Under the pieces are notes generated by a model, which was given only the letters and a program-made list of their open reading frames with translations, searched no databases and had not been told where the DNA came from. DNA of 64,000 nt from a virus: the IMG/VR virus record IMGVR_UViG_3300048579_000065. One strand, written 5' to 3'. Below are positions 17,085 to 25,323 of the stretch, piece by piece. Position 1 is the first letter of the stretch. Every line of letters starts with the position of its first letter. The position numbers and the translations under genes are program-made.

Positions 17085-17350
17085 GTAGAAACAAGCAAAA
17101 CGAGGGCTAAAATGATGTCAGAACTAGAAAACCTATTGAAATTAGATGCACTTGCTGAAGCTGAAAAGATAACAGGCAAGAGTTACAAGGATGATCATGA
17201 CACTAATTCATTTTGGAGATGAAAAACAACAGGAACACTTAGAATTTAATCTCAGATTTGAGAATAGGGAAGAAGTTCTAAAAGAAAGGGCTAGCAAGAT
17301 TTATCACCTAATCAGGCCAGAAGGTTAAACAAGCCTAGCACAATTTAAGC

Positions 17351-17379
17351 TTGACAAACAGAAAAACAGGGTTTATACT
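17351..17379 (+). promoter_or_regulatory. sigma70 early promoter
   Basis: TTGACA-N17-TATACT. Confidence 0.75.
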
Positions 17380-17408
17380 CAGGTTATTGTTAATCGGAGA
17401 TGAAAAAC

Positions 17409-17576
17409 ATGAACTTCAAGCAAGCTTTGGCTGAACTCAAGAAAACCAGAAAAATTACAACAGGTATGCTAAAACCTCTAAATATTAGCTTTGAGTCTTG
17501 GCTAAGATATGCTCAAATGCCTGAAAAACAAGCAAATCAACTGATCAACCAATTGATTGATTTGCTTGAACATTGA
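17409..17576 (+). CDS. small hypothetical protein (55 aa, not in ORF track)
   Basis: GGAG RBS downstream of the promoter. Confidence 0.55.
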   Translation: MNFKQALAELKKTRKITTGMLKPLNISFESWLRYAQMPEKQANQLINQLIDLLEH

Positions 17577-17601
17577 CAAAATAAAGAAAACCTGAAATAA
17601 T
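17573..17601 (+). promoter_or_regulatory. sigma70 early promoter
   Basis: TTGACA-N17-AATAAT. Confidence 0.55.
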
Positions 17602-17632
17602 CTCAATATTCCTGAAAAACGAGGGCTAAAAC

Positions 17633-17845
17633 ATGATCAAAGCTATTGTATCCTTGAAAAATGAGAAAACAGGCGAATTCCCAGAAGTTGGGATGACTGA
17701 TAGGAACGTGTTTTCCGGCAAATCTGAAAAAATAGTGAATAATCAGGCTAAAAAATATGCACAAAATAGAGAATATCGTGTAGAATACTTCCAAGCTGAA
17801 AGATTCTACTCAGATCCTTTCAAAACATTATATTTTGGAGCTTAG
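17633..17845 (+). CDS. hypothetical protein
   Basis: GAGGGCTAA leader. Confidence 0.7.
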   Translation: MIKAIVSLKNEKTGEFPEVGMTDRNVFSGKSEKIVNNQAKKYAQNREYRVEYFQAERFYSDPFKTLYFGA

Positions 17846-17852
17846 AAAAAAA

Positions 17853-18218
17853 ATGGAAAAAATAGCAAGTAAGCCTAGACTAGCAGAAAACGAAGACAGT
17901 TGCTGGGCTGCTATCTACGAAAAAATAAAGGAATATAAAGGCCATGGATTAGTAGTCATAGAGGTTTTCGGACTAGGCCTGTGTAGTCTTAATGCTCAAA
18001 ATAAGTGGATAAAAATGAAGAAGATTCCTGACAAGTCAATGTATTGGGGGTATTTGCCAATTTACCAATTGTTAACAAGTGCTGAAAAAATAGAGCTTTC
18101 TGACGCTATAGCAAAGGATCAGGCTGACATTTGGTTCGAGCCATACTCAAAACATCAGGATGCTAAGTGCTTGCATAAATGCTCAGGAAAAAATTGGTTG
18201 ACAACAGTAAAAATATGA
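17853..18218 (+). CDS. hypothetical protein
   Basis: start moved to MEKI after GGAG. Confidence 0.6.
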   Translation: MEKIASKPRLAENEDSCWAAIYEKIKEYKGHGLVVIEVFGLGLCSLNAQNKWIKMKKIPDKSMYWGYLPIYQLLTSAEKIELSDAIAKDQADIWFEPYSKHQDAKCLHKCSGKNWLTTVKI

Positions 18219-18225
18219 GTATTAT
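18198..18225 (+). promoter_or_regulatory. sigma70 early promoter
   Basis: TTGACA-N16-TATTAT. Confidence 0.55.
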
Positions 18226-18252
18226 TGTCCTATGACTTCTGAGGATAAAAAA

Positions 18253-18475
18253 ATGCAATTGAAAAATATAGGCTCAAACATGACTGAACTCCAATTAGGT
18301 GATAAAACTATACTATTTTCTTATTCTACTCCAGTTGCTTATTCGGAGAAAGGATCTTGCTACAAAACAGAAAAAAAAATGGAGCAATACAACCAGCAAA
18401 CACATTAACAAGTGGCTCGACGGCCGACATGCTGAAACAATTGATCAATCTAAGCTTGACTTTATTCAAAGCTAG
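18253..18475 (+). pseudogene. small phage protein frameshifted at an A9 run
   Basis: MQLKNIGSNMTELQLGD..ILFSYSTPVA; removing one A at 18371-18379 continues as TEKKWSNTTSKHINKWLDG. Confidence 0.65.
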
Positions 18476-18532
18476 GAGTTGTGACAATATCAATCTTATT
18501 CAGACTACAGAAAACAAAAGAAGCGCTTTGAC

Positions 18533-18763
18533 GTGGAAATTAGCGAAGTCAAGTTTATTGGAAGGCCAAAATACCTTAATAGCCAAATGACAAGAGCCAA
18601 AGAAAAAATATCATTTGTTCTAAATGGCCAAAAAATAGAGCGTACGGCTGATATAAGGATGATCGGGAACTGGAGCCCAGCCTGGGTCAATGTCGCTGGG
18701 AAGTCATGGCAAATTGACAATTATAAGCTGACAAGATTCGAAGATGTTGACACAATAGCCTGA
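18533..18763 (+). CDS. hypothetical protein
   Basis: ORF track. Confidence 0.5.
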   Translation: MEISEVKFIGRPKYLNSQMTRAKEKISFVLNGQKIERTADIRMIGNWSPAWVNVAGKSWQIDNYKLTRFEDVDTIA

Positions 18764-18775
18764 CAAGCTTACAAT
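18747..18775 (+). promoter_or_regulatory. sigma70 early promoter
   Basis: TTGACA-N17-TACAAT. Confidence 0.75.
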
Positions 18776-18814
18776 AGAACTCAGTAATGGGTATTTACTT
18801 TCGAGGGCTAACAA

Positions 18815-20371
18815 ATGGTTAACTGGACAAATGAGCAAAATGACATATTCAACTTTACGCTAGAATCATCCCAAAATGGGGTATTTGAGGCCGTTGCTGG
18901 ATCTGGTAAAACCAGCACAATAATTGAGGCTGCTAAGCACTTCAAGGCTGCTAACCCTACTAAAACAGTCAGGTTTACTGCTTTTGGCAATAAAATTGCG
19001 GCTGAAATTAGACGTAAAACGGAGGGATCTAGTGTCGAGGTGACTACAAGTCACGCTTTGGGCTATCAAGCTTGGAAGCAAGTAGCCCCAAATTGCAAGC
19101 TCTTGGGCGGGACTGGCAAGGGGGGAGCTGGATTATTTGACCGGGCTAAGATCTCCGATACAACAGTATACAAGGGGTTTACTTTTGACGAAAAGATTGA
19201 ATTGTCCCAATTTGTCGAGGCTCTTGTTGAGAAAGCTAAAAACAGTGGAGTAGTAATACTCTGGGAGGTTGAAAACAGGTCAAAATATTGGGAATTAGTT
19301 CGTAAATTTGACCTAGCCTATTTGATTGGTTCCAACCCTTGGAACCCAGGAACTGATGATCAGGTCGAGGATGGGATTACATTTGCTATTCGAACAATTA
19401 AAGAGCATATCAGGCTAGCATATGATTATATGGGATTTGTAGATCAGTTGTGGTTCCCACTTGTCTTCAAAGTTCTAATCCCTAAAGTGGATTTAGTATT
19501 TGGAGATGAAGCTCAGGACTTTAACGCTTTGCAGCAAATTTTGCTCAAGTTGCAAGGTCATAGGATCATTGCCGTGGGAGATAGTCAGCAAGCAATATTC
19601 GGCTTTACTGGATCTGATAATGAGAGTTTAGGGAACTTAGCCAAGCAACTAAATGCAACTGTTTTGGGGCTAACATATTGTTTCAGATGTCCACTCGTTG
19701 CTATTCGATATGCTCAACAGTACAACCCTCGCATACAAGCTCATCCAGCTGCTATCGAAGGTGAGGAATACTCTTTGACCTACAAAGAGCTGCTAGCAAG
19801 TGCTGACAAGCTTGTATCGACTGATGCTATTTTGTGCCGAAAGACTGCCCCGCTAGTTGAACTGGCTTATACCCTTATCAGCCGTGGTATAGCTTGCCAC
19901 GTAGAAGGCCGAGATATTGGTAAATCTCTTATCAAGTTCGTCACTAAGTGGAAGCGAGTCAAGACAATACAAGATCTATTTGACAAGCTTGACGAATATT
20001 CAGCCAAGCAAATCGCTAGCTTGACTGCTAAGGGGCAAGAGACTCAGGCCGCTAGTCTAGATGACAAGTGCGAAACACTTAAAGTAATAGCAGATAGTCT
20101 AGATCCAAGTGATTCAATTGACACGCTTAAAGTAAAGATAGAATCAATCTTTGCTGATGATCAGCCCAATGTGACCTTATCGACAATTCACAAGGCCAAA
20201 GGTCGGGAGTGGGATCGAGTATTTTGGCTAGGTCAAGCAGCTTATCAACCTTCCAAGTTCGCCAGACAGGACTGGCAACTTGAGCAAGAGGATAATCTCT
20301 GCTACGTTGCTGCTACACGTACAAAGCACACGCTAGTACACGTCAGCGCTAAGCCAAAAGATAAGGATTAA
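18815..20371 (+). CDS. UvrD/Rep-like SF1A DNA helicase
   Basis: AVAGSGKT, GDEAQD, VGD..QAIFGF, STIHKAKGREW, YVAATR. Confidence 0.92.
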   Translation: MVNWTNEQNDIFNFTLESSQNGVFEAVAGSGKTSTIIEAAKHFKAANPTKTVRFTAFGNKIAAEIRRKTEGSSVEVTTSHALGYQAWKQVAPNCKLLGGTGKGGAGLFDRAKISDTTVYKGFTFDEKIELSQFVEALVEKAKNSGVVILWEVENRSKYWELVRKFDLAYLIGSNPWNPGTDDQVEDGITFAIRTIKEHIRLAYDYMGFVDQLWFPLVFKVLIPKVDLVFGDEAQDFNALQQILLKLQGHRIIAVGDSQQAIFGFTGSDNESLGNLAKQLNATVLGLTYCFRCPLVAIRYAQQYNPRIQAHPAAIEGEEYSLTYKELLASADKLVSTDAILCRKTAPLVELAYTLISRGIACHVEGRDIGKSLIKFVTKWKRVKTIQDLFDKLDEYSAKQIASLTAKGQETQAASLDDKCETLKVIADSLDPSDSIDTLKVKIESIFADDQPNVTLSTIHKAKGREWDRVFWLGQAAYQPSKFARQDWQLEQEDNLCYVAATRTKHTLVHVSAKPKDKD

Positions 20372-20383
20372 CAAGCCCTCGCT

Positions 20384-20424
20384 AGATAAGCCTCTGATCT
20401 TGACTGATTGGGGGCTTATCGTTT
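20384..20424 (+). terminator. long hairpin after the helicase, with TTGACT in its loop
   Basis: GATAAGCCTCTGATC / GATTGGGGGCTTATC 15-bp stem (with G-U pairs), then GTTT. Confidence 0.55.
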
Positions 20425-20458
20425 ATATTAGTAATATCAATCCAGCGAGGGATCTAAG

Positions 20459-20719
20459 ATGCTAAATAAACTTATCAAACAAGCTTTTCAGTTCGGGCTG
20501 AACTCGGCCAGCTATCTCCAGTTCACAAACAAGAGCACTGGAACTGTCAAGCTAGATGGTTCCGAAAGTCTTAGACTCCAGATCTCCAAATCTGGAGAGG
20601 TTATCAAAGTTCCAACTGAAATGTCATTTTCCAGATCTGTTGTCGGGCTGACTGTTGTAACCTCAGATCGTCAAGGTGCCGGGTTTGCTAACATCGTTGC
20701 TGCTAGACAAGCAGCATAA
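20459..20719 (+). CDS. hypothetical protein ending ANIVAARQAA
   Basis: GAGGGATCTAAG leader. Confidence 0.65.
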   Translation: MLNKLIKQAFQFGLNSASYLQFTNKSTGTVKLDGSESLRLQISKSGEVIKVPTEMSFSRSVVGLTVVTSDRQGAGFANIVAARQAA

Positions 20720-20986
20720 AGACTTAACAAGCCAGGGCTAACAACCTTGGCTAGTTCCCTTTGCAGGTTTCCTGTTGGACTAAAGCAGTCCAAGTTGATT
20801 GAGGGTGCAAATAGTCATGTGGAGGCAGTTGCTAAACTGTTGGCTGACTTCGAAGCCAATTCAGTCAACAAAGGCCAACATACTAATATGCACTTTGACG
20901 GAACTAGCTATGAGATCCAAGATACTGGAGCTGCTAAGATCCTTTCAACCTTTCAGCACTAAACCAAGCTCCAATAAGCATCTCAG

Positions 20987-21014
20987 GACCTCGGACTAAC
21001 CATCTGAGGTCTTT
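20987..21014 (+). terminator. terminator-like hairpin
   Basis: GACCTCGG / CTGAGGTC stem followed by TTT. Confidence 0.45.
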
Positions 21015-21030
21015 GACTATTGTTGTAAGG

Positions 21031-21125
21031 TAGGTTTACCAGCTTCAGCTGGTCTAGTTGCTGGCCAAAAGAGACTTTCCAACTTCCTGTTAATCCAACC
21101 GGTTCGAACCGGTAAACCTAACAGG
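21031..21125. other. structured non-coding element containing a 16-bp perfect palindrome
   Basis: ACCGGTTCGAACCGGT at 21098-21113; CCTGTTA/TAACAGG; TAGGTTTACC/GGTAAACCTA. Confidence 0.6.
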
Positions 21126-21697
21126 TTAAATTCTCAAAAACAAAATACCAGATCTGATGTCTGGCTTAGTCTATTATTCAATTAGTGTTGTGCTCGTTCT
21201 AAACTTGTCTTCTGACTTTAAGTTATAACTTAGCTTCTTAGTGTCATTGTTGTTTTGATCTACCTAAACTACACTGACAATTAATATTCTATCTAGTAAT
21301 TGACACGTCTAGCCTATTGACTAGCAGCAACTGTTAGTGTATTGGAGACATTAAACCCGAAGATCCTTGCTAGACAAGGCTTTTAAGCATTTCTCTTCTA
21401 ATCAATAATTGAGCACATGCCAGTATGGTTACATACCTACTAAATAAGTTTCAACAGGAGACCTCTGGGCTAGCTCTAATGCCAATTATGGCTCATAGTA
21501 GATAGCAAATTATTTTGTCAGCAATACAACAAGTAGTATATGTCACTAATAGTAGGTTTACAATTCTTATCACACTACTCCCTACTATACTCATTAATAG
21601 ACTACTATACATTAACAACCTCTAATCTAATTAACTGTTATAAACCTTCCTACTAAGGGCATATAACTAGTATGGGACGCATGAGGGCTAGCGGACA

Positions 21698-21799
21698 ATG
21701 ACATTTGACACTATCAAAGATGCTTACTCCACATTCACTACACTGCGCAGTCAGGGCTACAAGGTTACTCTTGTAGGCCATACAATACACTTCAACTAG
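21698..21799 (+). CDS. 33-aa microprotein
   Basis: GAGGGCTAG leader at 21683. Confidence 0.45.
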   Translation: MTFDTIKDAYSTFTTLRSQGYKVTLVGHTIHFN

Positions 21800-21832
21800 T
21801 CACTCATACCTGAGTGACGGGAGGGCTAACAT

Positions 21833-22006
21833 ATGGACAATACAAGTAAACTGGTTCTTAGGCATGAGTATGATCAAGCCATTGCTAAATGGACATCTGA
21901 GCAACGAGACAAGTATCTTTCCAAGCTTGATAGGTCATGGCTAGCATGTGGCGTCAGAGTATCTGGCAGTGCTGCTCTTAGTAATGCACACTTGCATTAT
22001 GCATGA
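21833..22006 (+). CDS. 57-aa microprotein
   Basis: GAGGGCTAAC leader at 21821. Confidence 0.55.
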   Translation: MDNTSKLVLRHEYDQAIAKWTSEQRDKYLSKLDRSWLACGVRVSGSAALSNAHLHYA

Positions 22007-22408
22007 CTGGGCTGGATGTCTTAAGAGAATAGTTCCTTGATTAGAGACTGGGCTTTTCTTTACCTATTCCTTACTAGGCTCTATAGTAGTATAGGGGGGT
22101 TCCCTAACCTTAGCCCATTCATCGTACCGGTCAGTTACACATGCCGGGGGCATTTTTATTAGACCGGTCGTCTAGAGGGGCTGTTGACTACAACCCTTGG
22201 CTATTGTCCTTACCATAGTGCTTACTAAATAAGATTCAATCCCTCCCATATTTCCCTGTAATCTTCCCTAGCATTTCTTATAGATGTAGTCTTAAGTTCT
22301 TAATAAGTTCATTTACTATTGCTTTTGATCTCCGATTAAGGACCAGTGATTTAGCCCTCAACTTCAGGTCCTCCAAGTACTCTTTATCAGCCTCGCTCGC
22401 TAAATTTC

Positions 22409-22552
22409 TTAAATCACACTATCCTTACAACCAATAATCCTACACCAATAAGAACCACTACCCCTACAGGCTGAGCACCAAGTCTGATAATGATTACACC
22501 ATTTACAAGATTCAAAGCCATGACTCTCACATCTTACTATAATTTTGTCCAA
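22409..22552 (-). CDS. 47-aa Cys-rich microprotein
   Basis: TTG start after AGGAGG; CESH, CKWC, CSAC, C..IGC. Confidence 0.5.
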   Translation of the reverse strand: MDKIIVRCESHGFESCKWCNHYQTWCSACRGSGSYWCRIIGCKDSVI

Positions 22553-22560
22553 ATTACCAC

Positions 22561-22846
22561 CTCCTAGTTAAATAAGTTTTAACCAAGGAACTCTTCCTTA
22601 AACACTTTCTCATAATAACAAGTAGGATGTATATGTTCTGTTCCTTCAAAGCACCTAATCTTTATAGTACCATTATCAATGATCTTGATTACTTCTGCAT
22701 CTCCCCAATCACAAGCAGAAACAGGAGATCCTTTCTTAGTTACTTTATCCCCTACCTTCATAGGCTTAGCCTTCCATGCTTTATACTTAGCCAACCAGTT
22801 TTCATAATCTTCTAACAAAACACCAACTCCTAGTTAAATAAGTTTT
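22561..22846 (-). repeat. 20-bp direct repeat CTCCTAGTTAAATAAGTTTT (22561-22580, 22827-22846); variant at 23836-23851
   Basis: exact repeat; on the minus strand it reads AAAACTTATTTAACTAGGAG, which includes the RBS. Confidence 0.85.
22579..22818 (-). CDS. hypothetical protein (SH3-like barrel?)
   Basis: MKVGDKV....AEVIKI pattern. Confidence 0.55.
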   Translation of the reverse strand: MLEDYENWLAKYKAWKAKPMKVGDKVTKKGSPVSACDWGDAEVIKIIDNGTIKIRCFEGTEHIHPTCYYEKVFKEEFLG

Positions 22847-22912
22847 GACAATTACCTTCACATGTACTAAGTATTTTAGTTCTTATGTGTTATTTTGTCA
22901 AGCCCGGCCATA

Positions 22913-23152
22913 CTACCTCAACCTTTCCTTTAACTTATTTAGTGCAGTGTATACATCCTCTAGCAAGTTCTCTACTGATTCTGATATCTTTTGGATACCA
23001 CTTAGCCCGCAGGACTCACTACAAGCCATTTCAAATGAGCCACGAACTGTATCCCTTACTATCCATACACTATCACCTTCATTCCAGGATTTAGTGCAGA
23101 ACCTGCACTGCTTTGATTTTCTAGCTGTCTCTAACGTTGACGTGTATCTCAT
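22913..23152 (-). CDS. Zn-ribbon protein
   Basis: CRFC...CSESC. Confidence 0.55.
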   Translation of the reverse strand: MRYTSTLETARKSKQCRFCTKSWNEGDSVWIVRDTVRGSFEMACSESCGLSGIQKISESVENLLEDVYTALNKLKERLR

Positions 23153-23219
23153 CTAACTAACTCCTTAAGTTTCTTCATTACAGCAATAGTGTTTGCTATG
23201 TCCTTATTAGCTGTATGAT

Positions 23220-23826
23220 TCACTCCCCTGGTAATGCTAAATCTAATAGTACTAAGTCATTAAAGTCTTTTACTTTCCTAATGTGATTTCTATACTGTTT
23301 GATTATGGAAGATTTACAATCAAACATATGATTGAAGTACTCAAGGTATGTAGCTGGCTGACCATCTATAAGATTAATTACCTCACATTTATGAAGAAAT
23401 TCTTCTAACCCAAATTTATTTATAAACTCAAGACCTCTTACCTTACATGTCTGATCCTCAAATCTGTTTAGTATTCTTACTTCTACTTCCCAGGCTTTAA
23501 TCTCTGCCTCCATAAACACCTTAATAAAATTGCCCCCTATCACCATCCATAACACTATTCCAAAGCTTAGCCTGGTGTTCTCTATCCTTTATATGTGTGA
23601 CCTCATGAGAGATGCAGGCCAATATGTCTAAAGGTTTCCAATCATGAGTACTAGACATATAGATATTATGAAAGTCTGTTACAGCCATGCCAGTACAATT
23701 TGTTTTAATGATTGGTATCTTATTCTCTTCAATATATCTTAAAGCTTCCTGAACCTCAGGAATCTTTGAAAAAATCTTGAGTTTACACTTAAATAAGTTT
23801 TCTAGATATTTTATGCACATTCCCAC
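23220..23826 (-). pseudogene. HExxH zincin-like protein split by a frameshift at a G5 run
   Basis: ISHEVTH in ORF 23521..23826; EAEIKAW in ORF 23220..23555; deleting one G (C5 on + at 23533-23537) fuses them. Confidence 0.55.
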
Positions 23827-23876
23827 AATCTCACTCTCCTGTTAAATAAGTCTCAATATCCTTAATTAATGCTTTC

Positions 23877-24143
23877 CTAACTAGCATTCCATGCAGAGTG
23901 TAGTTGTTTCAGAGCATCTTGGCGACCTTCATGCAAAATGATCGGCAAGTGTGTGTTATTGTCACAATCATTGCACTGAAAGTGTTCACGTTTTACAGGA
24001 AAAGTGAGGTGTTGGTCATTGAGTTTGAAACCACGCTTCGTTAGTGCGTCGTCTATGTCCATGCAAAACTGATCGATCCATCCTTCAGACTTAGGATCAA
24101 TGCCATCATCCAAAAATATTTCCACTGTAATTTTTGTGCTCAT
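23877..24143 (-). CDS. hypothetical protein (CpG-rich island)
   Basis: ORF track. Confidence 0.55.
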   Translation of the reverse strand: MSTKITVEIFLDDGIDPKSEGWIDQFCMDIDDALTKRGFKLNDQHLTFPVKREHFQCNDCDNNTHLPIILHEGRQDALKQLHSAWNAS

Positions 24144-24287
24144 TAAAATAAGTTTCCTATTGTAAGTTGACTTTCTAGCATTTCATATCCAACCTTACCA
24201 TATGCTTGATGTCCAGTCTTGTAGTTGTGTAGCCGGAGGAAGTAGCCATCCTTATCTACTAATACAACACATTCAACCTGTGGCCGC

Positions 24288-24584
24288 CTAATCATAAACC
24301 ATTACTTCACGAGAGTGATTAGTACGACACGGTTGTTTCTTTTCTGATTGCAGCTGCTTGATGATATCAATGGCAATTTCTTTAGCTCTATCATCTAATT
24401 CAGTGCTCACTTTGAGCATTTCAGCTTTGATAGACTCATTTCGCTCAATGTACTCACCGATTTCATCAAGAATATCGAGCATCTCTTTTCGCTCATTCAA
24501 GCTAGAAAAAATAGACACAAACATTCTTGCAACTATGCTGCCTGCGATAATGATAAATATGAAGGATATTATTGTTAGATTCAT
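24288..24584 (-). CDS. membrane-anchored coiled-coil protein (CpG-rich island)
   Basis: N-terminal TM helix followed by a charged helix. Confidence 0.6.
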   Translation of the reverse strand: MNLTIISFIFIIIAGSIVARMFVSIFSSLNERKEMLDILDEIGEYIERNESIKAEMLKVSTELDDRAKEIAIDIIKQLQSEKKQPCRTNHSREVMVYD

Positions 24585-24639
24585 TCTTCTGATCCTCCTT
24601 TACTATGTCTACCCACTTGCGAGCCTTTTTCCCTATTAT

Positions 24640-25323
24640 CTAATATTTTTTTTGCTTCGGAGCCATGATCATGGCAGTAAACCAATATGGGTCCTCTTTG
24701 GGATAAGGAAACAAGTCGAAAGTCAGTGCTAATCTGAGACTAAGCATTGTAAAAAGTCCGATGATTGATACTTCGAGACAGAGTGACTTCTCACATGCTG
24801 AATAAAAGCTTTTGTTGGTTAAATCTATTTTTTCAAAACCAACAAAGTGGGAGCCTTCACCGAAACTAAGGCAGATTAGTCCTATAGAGACAGCCGCAAG
24901 CACTGCTAGAGAACGAGGATGTTTGTCCGCGTTCATTAATGATATTACAGTGGTGATGAACATTGCCATAACCGTATAACCACTAAAGTAATGAAAATTT
25001 GATGTAAACAATAAAAATGGCAGTAAAGGACAAATTACCTCGATGAAGAAATAGATTAGAGATGACTGAATGAACGCCAAAACTGTTCCGACCTTATTCG
25101 CTGGAAATTTATCTCTAGAGCGATTGCCATAATGATGAAAAGTTTGCTGGACGTAGGTAATGACAACGATGCAGCTTGCAATGGGTAAAAACCATTGAAG
25201 CCTAGTCCATAGTAGTGTGGTTCTATCAACCACTGTCTCTTTAGCTCTCTTAGCCTTAGCAAGCTCAAGTTGTTTACTCCAGTGATCTAAGTAATCCTCT
25301 CTATTCATTCCAATTTCTCTCAT
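24640..25323 (-). CDS. polytopic membrane protein (CpG-rich island)
   Basis: about five hydrophobic segments. Confidence 0.6.
   Translation of the reverse strand: MREIGMNREDYLDHWSKQLELAKAKRAKETVVDRTTLLWTRLQWFLPIASCIVVITYVQQTFHHYGNRSRDKFPANKVGTVLAFIQSSLIYFFIEVICPLLPFLLFTSNFHYFSGYTVMAMFITTVISLMNADKHPRSLAVLAAVSIGLICLSFGEGSHFVGFEKIDLTNKSFYSACEKSLCLEVSIIGLFTMLSLRLALTFDLFPYPKEDPYWFTAMIMAPKQKKY

Noticed and set aside
20459-21130. tmRNA (tag-like ANIVAARQAA plus a GGTTCGAACC T-loop)
   Set aside because: There is no GGGG..GA..TTCGAC 5' end or Ala acceptor stem ending CCA, and the resume-codon context is wrong. The peptide is the end of an 86-aa ORF with its own leader.
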